From: Clostridia bacterium
GTDB taxonomy: Bacteria > Bacillota > Clostridia > CAKSNL01 > HGM11501
DNA: 64,000 bases
NCBI GenBank assembly: GCA_045545475.1
Contig: JAZQAZ010000041.1
Span: 58,354 to 122,353, forward strand
Direction of reading: 5' to 3'
A program made the position numbers and the translations under genes. Under the pieces are notes generated by a model. That model did no database searches. It was not told the DNA's origin and saw only the letters and a program-made list of their open reading frames with translations. Positions within the stretch are counted from its first letter, which is position 1. Every line of letters begins with the position of its first letter. Below, piece by piece: positions 48,763 through 58,001 of this stretch.

Positions 48763-49534
48763 ATTTTTTCTCTATATCGTAGCCTATTTCATCAATCATT
48801 CGCTCAATATCCGCATCCTCCGGATTTTCAGGCAATCTATAATATCTGCATCTGCTGAGAAAATATCTTAAATTATCGTCAATTTCCACATCCCCGACCA
48901 ATACAGGAATAACATTTCCTTTTCGCTTTATGGCATAAGCCACCTCGCTTAACATTTCCGCACTTTTTACCGACTCAGACGTAATCAGTGCCATAACGCA
49001 TCCGTCCCTTGATGCTTCCGTGATTGCATTTGTAATTGTGCTCGCATACGGTTGCCCGGGCATAATATCGTCATAATCAAAAAACACGACATAATCCTTT
49101 TCTTCAAGCTTTTTCTTTATCCTTCCGGCAAGCACAGTATCAAAATATTTTCTTGAATAAGAAATATATACTCTTAGATTGTGAAGGATTTTTTCTATAG
49201 CTTCAATGATAGATTTTTCATCATTAATATCAATGGGGATTATCTTTCTTTTATCGGTCTTCTTTATATACTCCCTTTCAAGTGTAACCCATTTTGATTT
49301 TCTTGAGTTTTCGCTGTCCACAAATATAAACCATTCGCGCGCATCTATTTCACGCTTTATAAGGTCTTCTATTTCGCTGTCGTCATCCAGGCATTTAAGA
49401 TAAAAGCAAAGAGGTTCGAATCCTTTTTCTTCAAGGGCGTTTCTGATAACCCTCACTCTTTCAATATCAGCGTGGGAATGAGAAAGGAAAATATATCCTC
49501 CCTTACCCTTTTTAAGCTTATCAAAAATTCCCAT
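48761..49534 (-). CDS. Tandem TIR-TIR domain protein
   Basis: TIR1 IFLSHS..D...SENS..S.WV..E; TIR2 VYISYS..VFFD...I.PG...SESVKS.....E; ATG 49534; promoter TTGACT-N17-TATAAT at 49635-49607. Confidence 0.85.
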   Translation of the reverse strand: MGIFDKLKKGKGGYIFLSHSHADIERVRVIRNALEEKGFEPLCFYLKCLDDDSEIEDLIKREIDAREWFIFVDSENSRKSKWVTLEREYIKKTDKRKIIPIDINDEKSIIEAIEKILHNLRVYISYSRKYFDTVLAGRIKKKLEEKDYVVFFDYDDIMPGQPYASTITNAITEASRDGCVMALITSESVKSAEMLSEVAYAIKRKGNVIPVLVGDVEIDDNLRYFLSRCRYYRLPENPEDADIERMIDEIGYDIEKK

Positions 49535-49536
49535 AC

Positions 49537-49584
49537 TTACCACCCTTCCTCTGCTTTCAATAATTCAAATAAATCCATTTCCAT
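49537..49584 (-). other. 15-codon upstream ORF or gene remnant (MEMDLFELLKAEEGW)
   Basis: Has its own RBS AGGGGG; stops 2 nt before the TIR-TIR ATG. Confidence 0.4.
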
Positions 49585-49753
49585 ATTCCCCCTACGATTT
49601 TTGTTAATTATATACTTAATTTCATAAAAAGTCAATGATTGCCGGGCAAATGCAAAGCTGCGAAAAATGCCGTATCGCTAAGTTTTATATGAAAACAGCT
49701 AACTTTATCTTGACCGCTTTTGCCGTATATGATATGATTTTACGTGAAAGGAT

Positions 49754-52171
49754 ATGATATGTATGAAAAAGATAAATATATTTCTTGCATCATCCATTAC
49801 TGAATTTAACACCGAACGCATGGATATCGAAAATTTCATCCGTAAAGTGAGCGACAAATTTGAAGACCGTTATGGCGTTAAAATCCAGCCTCTTTTATGC
49901 GAAAATTTCGATGATGCATATACAGTAAAAAGAAAACAGGAAGAATATAACGAACAGATAAGAAAAAGCGATTTTTGCTATTTTATCTTCTTTACCAAGG
50001 TCGGAACTTACACCAGAGAAGAGTTTGACGTTGCAAGAAAGCAATTTGAAGATACCAAGAAACCCAAAATTTACACCTATTTCAAAACTCTTGGCGAAGG
50101 CGACCGTGCCGAGCAAAGCCTATTTGATTTCATGGAAGAGCTTGACAAAACCTTTGGCCATTACTACGGTAATTTTTCGCATATCGATACCTTGAAACTC
50201 CGTATCCTTCTGAATCTTAAGCTTGAAGAAATGAATTTTCTTGAGATAAAAGCCGAAAACGGAAAGTGTGTTGTTGACGGTGCAGATATCCTGCCACTCT
50301 CCAACGTGATGGAATTTGCCAACAACAGCGGACTCCAAAAACTTAATGCAGAGCTTTCGGTGATAGAAAAGGAATATCTTAAGCTTAAACCGCTTTATGC
50401 AAAGGGCGGAAACGATTCTGCGTTTTACAGCAGATACAGCACAGTCGCATCGAAAAGGCAGGCAATAAAAGACGAAATAGACAATCTTCAGAAGCTGATA
50501 TTTGCCGTTTCACTCCGCATGACGGAAGACGATGCCAAAGGAACTATCACAGAACGTCAGAAGGAAGCCTACCGCCTTTTTGAAATGGGAGACTATGAAG
50601 GCTGTATGTCGGTACTTAATTCTGATGATATAGACTCGGATTTTTTAAGAGAACGAAAAAAACTTAAAGAACAAAACGAAGCCGTATGCAGAAAATATAT
50701 AAAAGAGCATAAAACCGCAATAGACATTTTAAGTTCAATGACAGAGTACGACGAACGCTTTAAGGAAATTGGAGAAAGATATGAGAAAATCTTACCGGTA
50801 ATACTTGAAGAAGGCATAGAACTTGATACTGCACTGGAATACGGAAGATATCTTTTAGGCCAGAATTCCGACGAAAAGGCTCTTTCCGTCATAAACACTC
50901 TGCTTCCGCATTGTGATGATAACAAGGTCATTCTTTCCGCTCTTTACAATCTTTCAGGCATCATAAACCAAAACCTCAACAACACGGATAAGGCTGAGGA
51001 ATTTTATCTCAAATCCATCGGATTAAGGGAGGATTTAGCCACAAAAGATCCTGCAAAATTCCGCTCGGAACTGGCTGTAAGTTATAACAACATAAGCATT
51101 TTTTACAAAGACAATAATAATTCCAAAGAAGCCATACGCTACTGCCTTCTTGCAATTTCAATTTATGACGAACTTTCAGACATATATCCCGGAAAATATA
51201 CCGGTGAAACGGCTACAATATACCATAATTCCGGAGTCCTTTTTGATCAGCAGGGAAATCATGAAGATGCAGAAAAATATTTTCTCAAAGCGATAAAACT
51301 TAAAGAAGCTCTTTCAAAAGAAAACCCATTAAAATACAATCCATCACTGGCCCAATCCTATAACAGTGCCGGTCTTTTCTATACAAACCGGGGAAAATAT
51401 GACAAGGCCGAGCCCTACGTTCACTCTGCAATAAAACTTATAAGCGAAGCCGCAAAAACAAATCCGGACAAGTACAATCCTGATCTCGGTGCCATCTATT
51501 TCAACACCGGCATATGTTATGCCAACCAGGGAATAATGGATAAAGCCGAGTCATATTACCACAATGCCATAAGCATTTATGAAACTTTGGCCCAAAATAA
51601 CCCTGCCAAGTTCAGTTCGCTTCTTGTAAGAGTATATAATGCTATAAGTGTATTTTATTCATCCGTAGGCTTAATTTTAGACAGTAGTAAATATGTTAAT
51701 CTTGCCATAGATAAATTAAAACCGCTCTATGAGGAAAATCCGGACAAATTCAGCGAGCTTTTAGCAGAATCCTACGGCAATGCCGGCAATTTACATTCTT
51801 CACTGGGAGATTTTGAAACAGCCGGAAAATACATACTGTCGGGTTTGGAGATTTTCACTTCCCTTGCCGATAAAAATCCCGATAGATTTCTTCCAGGTCT
51901 TGCCAAGGGATATAACAATGCCGCCGTTTTTTACAAAAAACAAAACAAATTCAGCGAGGCTGATTCATACTATAAAAAAGCAATGGAGAAATTCGAGGTG
52001 CTTTCCGAAAAGGACCCTGACTCCTATTTACCCATCCTTGCAATGATAATGTTTAACTACGGCGTTTTCGCCACAGATTACAAAGTCCTTGAAAAGGCTC
52101 TTGCCATTGCCGAAAAATATCCTCAAAATCCCAGATGTCAAAAAATCATTGCCTACTTGGGCCAAAAATAA
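49754..52171 (+). CDS. DUF4062/TIR-like N-terminal domain + helical linker + TPR array protein
   Basis: IFLASS..F..ER, QEEYN..IRKSD..FIF..KVG.YT.EEF..A; repeated LA..YN..G..Y..A..YY..AI TPRs with ~45-aa period; promoter TTGACC-N17-TATGAT. Confidence 0.82.
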   Translation: MICMKKINIFLASSITEFNTERMDIENFIRKVSDKFEDRYGVKIQPLLCENFDDAYTVKRKQEEYNEQIRKSDFCYFIFFTKVGTYTREEFDVARKQFEDTKKPKIYTYFKTLGEGDRAEQSLFDFMEELDKTFGHYYGNFSHIDTLKLRILLNLKLEEMNFLEIKAENGKCVVDGADILPLSNVMEFANNSGLQKLNAELSVIEKEYLKLKPLYAKGGNDSAFYSRYSTVASKRQAIKDEIDNLQKLIFAVSLRMTEDDAKGTITERQKEAYRLFEMGDYEGCMSVLNSDDIDSDFLRERKKLKEQNEAVCRKYIKEHKTAIDILSSMTEYDERFKEIGERYEKILPVILEEGIELDTALEYGRYLLGQNSDEKALSVINTLLPHCDDNKVILSALYNLSGIINQNLNNTDKAEEFYLKSIGLREDLATKDPAKFRSELAVSYNNISIFYKDNNNSKEAIRYCLLAISIYDELSDIYPGKYTGETATIYHNSGVLFDQQGNHEDAEKYFLKAIKLKEALSKENPLKYNPSLAQSYNSAGLFYTNRGKYDKAEPYVHSAIKLISEAAKTNPDKYNPDLGAIYFNTGICYANQGIMDKAESYYHNAISIYETLAQNNPAKFSSLLVRVYNAISVFYSSVGLILDSSKYVNLAIDKLKPLYEENPDKFSELLAESYGNAGNLHSSLGDFETAGKYILSGLEIFTSLADKNPDRFLPGLAKGYNNAAVFYKKQNKFSEADSYYKKAMEKFEVLSEKDPDSYLPILAMIMFNYGVFATDYKVLEKALAIAEKYPQNPRCQKIIAYLGQK

Positions 52172-52240
52172 AAAAACAATTCCACCTTTTTCCTTACATA
52201 AAAATTCCTCACTCGTACAAAATAGATTTGTAAATAAAAA

Positions 52241-52299
52241 CGGAACGGATAAATCCGTTCCCTACGATTAATTTGTAGGGTGTGCATTTATGCACACCG
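52241..52299. repeat. Inverted pair of GTAG-type REP palindromes (REPIN-like)
   Basis: Minus GTAGGGAACGGA-TTTA-TCCGTTCCG (52265-52241) and plus GTAGGGTGTGCA-TTTA-TGCACACCG (52275-52299). Confidence 0.7.
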
Positions 52300-52326
52300 T
52301 TTAAATTAAAGGAGTTAATATATTTA

Positions 52327-52425
52327 TATGAAAGCAACAGGAATTGTAAGAAGAATCGACGACCTTGGTCATGTTGTTATCCCCAAAGAAATAAGAAGAA
52401 CTTTAAAAATCCGTGAGGGCGACCC
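52327..52425 (+). repeat. 99-bp direct repeat, copy 1 (spoVT 5' end)
   Basis: Identical to 53481-53579 except A52371 versus G53525. Confidence 0.95.
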
Positions 52426-52510
52426 CTCTCGTATAACATTGACACCTTTCGACAGGTTTTGTATGGCAGTACATAGCGTGGCGGAAAGATATAAAGGAAC
52501 AGCGGAGTGA
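52328..52510 (+). pseudogene. Truncated spoVT copy: 33 codons of the AbrB-like domain fused to an unrelated tail
   Basis: MKATGIVRRIDDLGHVVIPKEIRRTLKIREGDP then SRITLTPF...; RBS AAAGGAG. Confidence 0.8.
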
Positions 52511-52529
52511 ATTTCACTCCGCTGTTTTT
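52498..52529. terminator. Bidirectional terminator
   Basis: AACAGCGGAGTGAA-T-TTCACTCCGCTGTT. Confidence 0.85.
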
Positions 52530-53353
52530 AGTGCAATCGCCCAATCATAAGGTATTTTTAACTTGCCTTTGCCGATACCAAGTTTTATATCTGGTTTGTT
52601 TTCTCCGTGGAAATCACTTCCACCGCTATATTTTAATTCGAATTCTTTAGCTAATTCAACAGCTTCTTTGGTGGCCGTTGTGCTATAGAGCGAATAATAA
52701 CACTCCATTCCAACTAATCCTTGTTTTTTTGCTAACGGCAAAAGAATTTCCAACTCATCTTTTGTTAAATTTAGAAAAGGATGTGCCAATACGGGTGTTG
52801 CACCAATTGATTTTATAAAATCAATCATTTCAAAGAGACATAATCTTTGGGGCTCTTTGTAATGACCTGAGGAAGGTGATAATAGTGTGTCAAACGCTTC
52901 TTTTATCGAAGAGGTATACCCTTTTTTTGTTAACTCAGCGGCTATATGTGCACGGTTAAACTTTCCATTTGGCGTAGAACCTTTTATCGTATCATAGTGT
53001 ATTTTATATCCCGCTCGATTTAGGGACTCTATTAAAGCTATGTTGCTTTGTCGCTTTTTTTCGTTCACATCATTCATCAAATCAGCAACTTTATCAAAGT
53101 TCTTTTCAGGAATATAAAGACCTAAAAGATGCAGTTCTGTTCCGTTGTAGTCAACCGAAAACTCTGCACCTGCAATCGGTTGAATGTTTTTATTATTGGC
53201 AGCTGCTAAAAAATCGTGTAACCCATCCACTGTGTTATGGTCACACAATGCAACGGCTGATAAACCGATATTAACTGCTGAATCTATAATTTCTTCTGGG
53301 GTATATGTTCCGTCAGAATAAATTGAATGAGTATGTAAATCACAAGTTTTCAT
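52514..53353 (-). CDS. PHP domain phosphoesterase (TrpH/YciV-like)
   Basis: DLHTHS.YSDG, CDHN, GAE, HLLG, LAHP, GGSDFHG; ATG 53353 after GGAGG. Confidence 0.93.
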   Translation of the reverse strand: MKTCDLHTHSIYSDGTYTPEEIIDSAVNIGLSAVALCDHNTVDGLHDFLAAANNKNIQPIAGAEFSVDYNGTELHLLGLYIPEKNFDKVADLMNDVNEKKRQSNIALIESLNRAGYKIHYDTIKGSTPNGKFNRAHIAAELTKKGYTSSIKEAFDTLLSPSSGHYKEPQRLCLFEMIDFIKSIGATPVLAHPFLNLTKDELEILLPLAKKQGLVGMECYYSLYSTTATKEAVELAKEFELKYSGGSDFHGENKPDIKLGIGKGKLKIPYDWAIALKTAE

Positions 53354-53412
53354 ATTCAAACCTCCGCCTTTAATTTATTATATCACAATCAATCAAAAAA
53401 ATCAATGCCAAT

Positions 53413-53442
53413 AGTATAAATCTCATCCATTTGCAGATACTA
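53413..53442 (+). promoter_or_regulatory. Putative forespore SigG/SigF promoter of spoVT
   Basis: GTATA-N18-GATACTA upstream of the RBS AAGGAG. Confidence 0.55.
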
Positions 53443-53481
53443 ACAGTACAAATCTGTAAAACAAGGAGATTATATATATCT

Positions 53482-54024
53482 ATGAAAGCAACAGGAATTG
53501 TAAGAAGAATCGACGACCTTGGTCGTGTTGTTATCCCCAAAGAAATAAGAAGAACTTTAAAAATCCGTGAGGGCGACCCGCTGGAAATTTATACCAACGC
53601 TTCAGGCGAGGTAATTTTCAAAAAGTACTCCCCCATCGGAGAGCTTTCGGAATTTGCCTCAACTTATGCCGAAACCTTATCCAAAACCTCAGGACGCCCT
53701 GTTTGCATAACAGACAAGGACAATGTAATTGCGGTCTACGGCATTCCCAAAAAGGAGCTTGCCGAAAAGAAATTGAGTCCCGAGCTTGAGCAATTAATAA
53801 CAGAACGTACCCGCTTTGTTATGAAACCCGGGCAGATAAAGCGATGTGAAATCGCCGACGGAACGGACAAATACTTAGCAGGTGTAGTTATGCCTATAAT
53901 ATCAGAAGGCGATCCCGTAGGTTCTGTTGTAATGATGGATGACGGAAATTCCGAAATACGCGAAATTGACGAAAAGCTGGCAGAATCCGCCGCAGGCTTT
54001 TTAGGTAAGCAAATGGAAATATAA
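53482..54024 (+). CDS. spoVT: Stage V sporulation protein T
   Basis: MKATGIVRRIDDLGRVVIPKEIRRTL.IREGDPLEI..KKYSPIGEL + GAF-like C-domain ending AAGFLGKQM. Confidence 0.97.
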   Translation: MKATGIVRRIDDLGRVVIPKEIRRTLKIREGDPLEIYTNASGEVIFKKYSPIGELSEFASTYAETLSKTSGRPVCITDKDNVIAVYGIPKKELAEKKLSPELEQLITERTRFVMKPGQIKRCEIADGTDKYLAGVVMPIISEGDPVGSVVMMDDGNSEIREIDEKLAESAAGFLGKQMEI

Positions 54025-54033
54025 AAGATATGT

Positions 54034-54074
54034 AAAAATAGACTGTAATTATTTTACAGCCTATTTTTGTTTTT
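54034..54074 (+). terminator. Intrinsic terminator
   Basis: AAAAATAGACTGTAA..TTACAGCCTATTTTT. Confidence 0.75.
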
Positions 54075-54163
54075 CAAGGATTCATTTTCAAGTATATGAA
54101 AATGAATTTACGCCCATACTATTAATGCTTGGCCGAGCAAATAAAAAAGGACGGTGCCGCACC

Positions 54164-54694
54164 TTGAATTACTATTCGCTTTTGAACACGCCTGTTATAC
54201 AATATCCGTCTGGGCGAAAAATCGGAACGGTTTCGGATATATTCTTAAAGGAAAATTCCACCGAAATTTTCGGTATTGTTGCCACAAACAGGAGCCTTAT
54301 TTATCAAAACCGTCTTTATGTTCCCGGGGATATAATTTATACCGGCACTCACGAGGTTTCGGTTTTCGGCCCGGGAGTTAAATTTATAAAAGCCCCGAAG
54401 GAAAAATATTTAAGTTTCCGACATATCATCGGCCTTAAAACGGTATCCGACAGTAATAACGCTTGCATCGGAACCGTAAAAGACGGATTTTTCGACATGG
54501 AAGCCGGAAGCCTTACAGAGCTTTTAATAGGTAAAAGCATCGCAGACGATATTATAAACGGCCGTAAACTTTTAAGAGCCGACTCTATAAAAGAAGAGCA
54601 TGGCCTTTTAAAAGCCGAAAACCCCGCTTTGATATCCAACGGAAAAGGCCTTAAGGCGTTAAGCTTAAGGAGCAGCTATGACAAAAATAGTTAA
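54164..54694 (+). CDS. PRC-barrel domain protein (YrrD-like)
   Basis: Two G..IG.V.D PRC repeats, S.ADDI..GR; TTG start; upstream GTATA-N18-CATACTA (SigG-like). Confidence 0.75.
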   Translation: MNYYSLLNTPVIQYPSGRKIGTVSDIFLKENSTEIFGIVATNRSLIYQNRLYVPGDIIYTGTHEVSVFGPGVKFIKAPKEKYLSFRHIIGLKTVSDSNNACIGTVKDGFFDMEAGSLTELLIGKSIADDIINGRKLLRADSIKEEHGLLKAENPALISNGKGLKALSLRSSYDKNS

Positions 54695-54854
54695 TTTTTC
54701 AATGGGACTTTTTTCGGGAGCTTTAATCGGAATGGCGGTTTTTGCTCTCTCCGATCCCATAAGTCAAAAACACAAAAAATGCATCCGCAAAAAGGGAAAT
54801 AAAATATGCAAATCAATTGAGCATACTTTAGATAATTTTGCGGATATGTTTTAA
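54678..54854 (+). CDS. Small protein (58 aa, YrzQ/YtxH-like), absent from the ORF track
   Basis: RBS AAGGAG; MTKIVNFSMGLFSGALIGMAVFAL.. TM followed by a basic helix; between the PRC-barrel and AI-2E genes. Confidence 0.7.
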   Translation: MTKIVNFSMGLFSGALIGMAVFALSDPISQKHKKCIRKKGNKICKSIEHTLDNFADMF

Positions 54855-54888
54855 GGCAGGCACAGCCTGCCTACATAAGGGGGATATT

Positions 54889-55848
54889 ATGACAAAGAAG
54901 AATTATTTACTTCCGCTTTTTCTTATTATATCTGCGGTATTATTTTTTAACAGCGGAAAAATCATCTCTGTTTTTTCGCCCATTTTAGCCGCTCTCATTC
55001 TCACCTATATCGCCTCTCCGTTTGTTAACCTTATGTCCGAAAGAATGCCTAAAATAGTAGCTGCAGTACTTTTTTATGCTCTGATTTCGGGTTTTCTTTT
55101 TTTGCTTGTAGCTTTTATTATGCCCACATTCCTGTCCGCTTTAAAAAGTTTTATAACCTATCTTCCCGATATTTCCGAAAAAATATCTTCCGTTGTTCCC
55201 AAAACGGTTTTTTCAGGAATTTCTTCATATCTTACAGGTAAGGCCGACAGCATAGCTCTGTTTATAAAAGATGCCTTTTCCTTTTTGGTGTCTGCTGCTT
55301 TTTCTGTAGTTTTATCCTGCTTTTTCCTTATGGATACATCCTCATTCAAGAAAGGAATCGCATCCGTGTTGCCTGAAAGAATTACAGATAAATTTCTCCC
55401 CGCTGTAAGAGAAATAGATGCTGTATTCAAAGGCTTTTTAAGGGGTCAGGTGTTAGTATCCGCCTTTTTAAGCGGTATAACATTTATCCTTCTTCTTATT
55501 CTGGGTGTAAAGCATGCACTTGTTCTTTCGCTTATATACGGCATTTTTTGCCTTATCCCTACCATCGGTCCATTTTTAGGCGGCATTCCCATAGTTTTAA
55601 TCGCCTATCTTTCATCCCCCTTATCCGCTATTTTATCCCTTATAGCTATTTTACTTACTCAATTTGTGGAAAACACCTTTCTTTCTCCAAAAATAAAAGC
55701 CGACAGCGTGGATATTTCACCCGCTTCGGCTTTCATTGCAGTTTATTTAGGTGCTGCTTTTTTCGGTTTTTCTGGAGTTCTTTTCGGAATCCCGGTCCTT
55801 GCATCAGTTAAAATTATTTTACGCCGTCTTCTTTCAGCAATTTCTTAA
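54889..55848 (+). CDS. AI-2E family transporter (YrrI-like)
   Basis: F..FLRGQ, IP.IGP.LG, Q..EN..L.PKI; start ATG 54889. Confidence 0.9.
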   Translation: MTKKNYLLPLFLIISAVLFFNSGKIISVFSPILAALILTYIASPFVNLMSERMPKIVAAVLFYALISGFLFLLVAFIMPTFLSALKSFITYLPDISEKISSVVPKTVFSGISSYLTGKADSIALFIKDAFSFLVSAAFSVVLSCFFLMDTSSFKKGIASVLPERITDKFLPAVREIDAVFKGFLRGQVLVSAFLSGITFILLLILGVKHALVLSLIYGIFCLIPTIGPFLGGIPIVLIAYLSSPLSAILSLIAILLTQFVENTFLSPKIKADSVDISPASAFIAVYLGAAFFGFSGVLFGIPVLASVKIILRRLLSAIS

Positions 55849-56539
55849 TCATATCCTGCTTTGCCAAAAGTTCATAAGTATCGCTGAGCGGCTCCAACAC
55901 GCAGGAGCCGTATTTCTTTATCATTGCACGACGGATTAAATCATCACAAAGTGCAGGATTTTTGGATAAAAGCGGACCGTGCATATACGTTCCCACCGCA
56001 TTTTTATACCTTATTCCTTCTGTTTTATCCTTTCCGTTATTCCCGTTTCCAAACACAACCTCACCGAGAGCTTCACCACCGTCAAGATATGTTTTTCCGG
56101 AATGATTTTCAAATCCGACTAAGGTTTCGAGGCTGTTTTTCACAATGATATTTCCTGTAAATCTGCCATCGGTACCTTCAGTGTGTATAGGAAGCACAAG
56201 TGCCCCCTTCACCTTTTTTCCGGATGAATCTGCATAGTATTCTCCCATAAGCTGATAGCCACCGCAAATAAAGAGGCCTACCCCTCCGTCTTCTGTATAC
56301 CCCTTTATAAAGTCGGCTTTATTTTTTATTATATCCTCCGAAACAATGGTCTGTTCATATTCCTGGCCACCGCCGAGAAACAGGATGTCCGCAGATTTCA
56401 AGCTGTCGCCAACGGATATATTTTTAACATTAACGCTTATCCCTCGTTTTTCCGCACGCCTTTTTATAAGTTTTATATTTCCGTCATCTCCATAAGTATT
56501 TAAAAGGTCGTGATAAAGATGTACTATTTCAAGTTCCAT
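55814..56539 (-). CDS. gatD: Lipid II isoglutaminyl synthase glutaminase subunit (CobQ-like)
   Basis: HLY.DLLNTYGD.GN, GGGQ.YEQ, ICGGYQ, GFENH, YMHGPLL.KN. Confidence 0.92.
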   Translation of the reverse strand: MELEIVHLYHDLLNTYGDDGNIKLIKRRAEKRGISVNVKNISVGDSLKSADILFLGGGQEYEQTIVSEDIIKNKADFIKGYTEDGGVGLFICGGYQLMGEYYADSSGKKVKGALVLPIHTEGTDGRFTGNIIVKNSLETLVGFENHSGKTYLDGGEALGEVVFGNGNNGKDKTEGIRYKNAVGTYMHGPLLSKNPALCDDLIRRAMIKKYGSCVLEPLSDTYELLAKQDMIKKLLKEDGVK

Positions 56540-56553
56540 AAAATACCGCCTTC

Positions 56554-57876
56554 TTATTTCCACAGTTCTTTCGCATAGCCTTTGCCGTAAAGTGCTTTGC
56601 GCAGGTTCATCATTCCGGTGTAAGTACAAAGGGCAAAAGTTCTGTCTTTTAAGCTTTTTACCATTTCAATAATTTCATCGTCGTTCTCACAAAGAATAAA
56701 TCTGTCTTTCGGGAAGCCTGCAGTTTCAAGCCTTATCGCCATATCGAACCGCCTTTTTCCGCTTATTATAACCTTATCGTAATCCATGGATAAAAGCTTC
56801 TCAAAGTGTGCATCCCACACCCAGGAAACATCGGTTCCGTCTCCCCAGTTATCGTTAAGCACCACTAAAAGATTACACTTTTCCTTACAAAGAGCAATGG
56901 TTTCCATGCATAAATCGCACCCTGTGGGATTTTTAATGAGTGAAATCTGCAATTTATTTTCACCCACATTGATTATCTCGTCTCTTCCAAAGCAGCTTTG
57001 TTGTTTTTCTATTCCCGCTTTAATAAGGCTTTTTGGCACGCCCATAAGATGACAAACCGCAAAAGAAGCCAGTGCATTATAAATATTATAAAGACCTGCT
57101 ACAGAAAGCTTTATATTTTCTCCGGAAATTGTAACCTCGGAGCTTTCTGAGGTTATATTACCGGTTGATTCCACAAGATACTCGCACAAAGGCCTCTTAA
57201 ATCCGCATCCCGGGCAATAATAGTCTCCTAGATTTTTAACGGTAATATGTCGGTATCTGAACTTTTCTCCGCACTCCGGACAGAATGCAGGTTCCACATC
57301 GTCACCGATTTTTCCAAAATCTTCCGAAAACCCAAAATAATGAATGGGGTTGTCTCCTTCAATTTTAGAAAACAGCGGCAAATCTCCGTTTACCACCAAT
57401 CCGGTTTTTGGTGAAAGCATAATTGCATCTTTGATTTTCCCCCATGTGTTTGAAACCTCGCCAAATCTGTCAAGCTGGTCACGGAACACATTGGTTATAA
57501 CCATATATTCAGGCTTTATGTAACGGTTTACGATTCTTGTATACGCCTCATCGCATTCAATAACCGCCCACTCACCTTTTTTATAGTTATTGATAAAGCA
57601 GGTAACTATGCCGGCAATCATATTGGCACCAGATGTATTGCTTATAACTTTATAGCCTGCATTTTCCAAAATACCTGTTATCATGGAGCTTGTGGTCGTT
57701 TTTCCGTTGGTACCTGTTACCATTATAACCTTGTAGCCTTTTGCCGCACTTTTAAGTATACCGGGGCGTATCTTAAGGGCTATTTCCCCCGGCAGAGAGC
57801 TTCCTCCTCCGAGGGCTTTAAGTACCTTTGAAATAACCTTGCACAAATATATAACAAACTTATCTATTTTAATCAC
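56554..57876 (-). CDS. murT: Lipid II isoglutaminyl synthase ligase subunit
   Basis: GTNGKTTT, DEA, FRDQLDR.GE, CPEC..CPGC, KNP.G, DG.DVSW.WD. Confidence 0.93.
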   Translation of the reverse strand: MIKIDKFVIYLCKVISKVLKALGGGSSLPGEIALKIRPGILKSAAKGYKVIMVTGTNGKTTTSSMITGILENAGYKVISNTSGANMIAGIVTCFINNYKKGEWAVIECDEAYTRIVNRYIKPEYMVITNVFRDQLDRFGEVSNTWGKIKDAIMLSPKTGLVVNGDLPLFSKIEGDNPIHYFGFSEDFGKIGDDVEPAFCPECGEKFRYRHITVKNLGDYYCPGCGFKRPLCEYLVESTGNITSESSEVTISGENIKLSVAGLYNIYNALASFAVCHLMGVPKSLIKAGIEKQQSCFGRDEIINVGENKLQISLIKNPTGCDLCMETIALCKEKCNLLVVLNDNWGDGTDVSWVWDAHFEKLLSMDYDKVIISGKRRFDMAIRLETAGFPKDRFILCENDDEIIEMVKSLKDRTFALCTYTGMMNLRKALYGKGYAKELWK

Positions 57877-58001
57877 ATCCTGCCTTTGTAGCTTATTATA
57901 TTATTATAATACACATTCTTTCCTTTATCAAGATTTTTTTATTGATATATTTCGCTTTTTGTGCTAAACTATACTATATTTATATAAGAGGAAGTGAGTA
58001 A

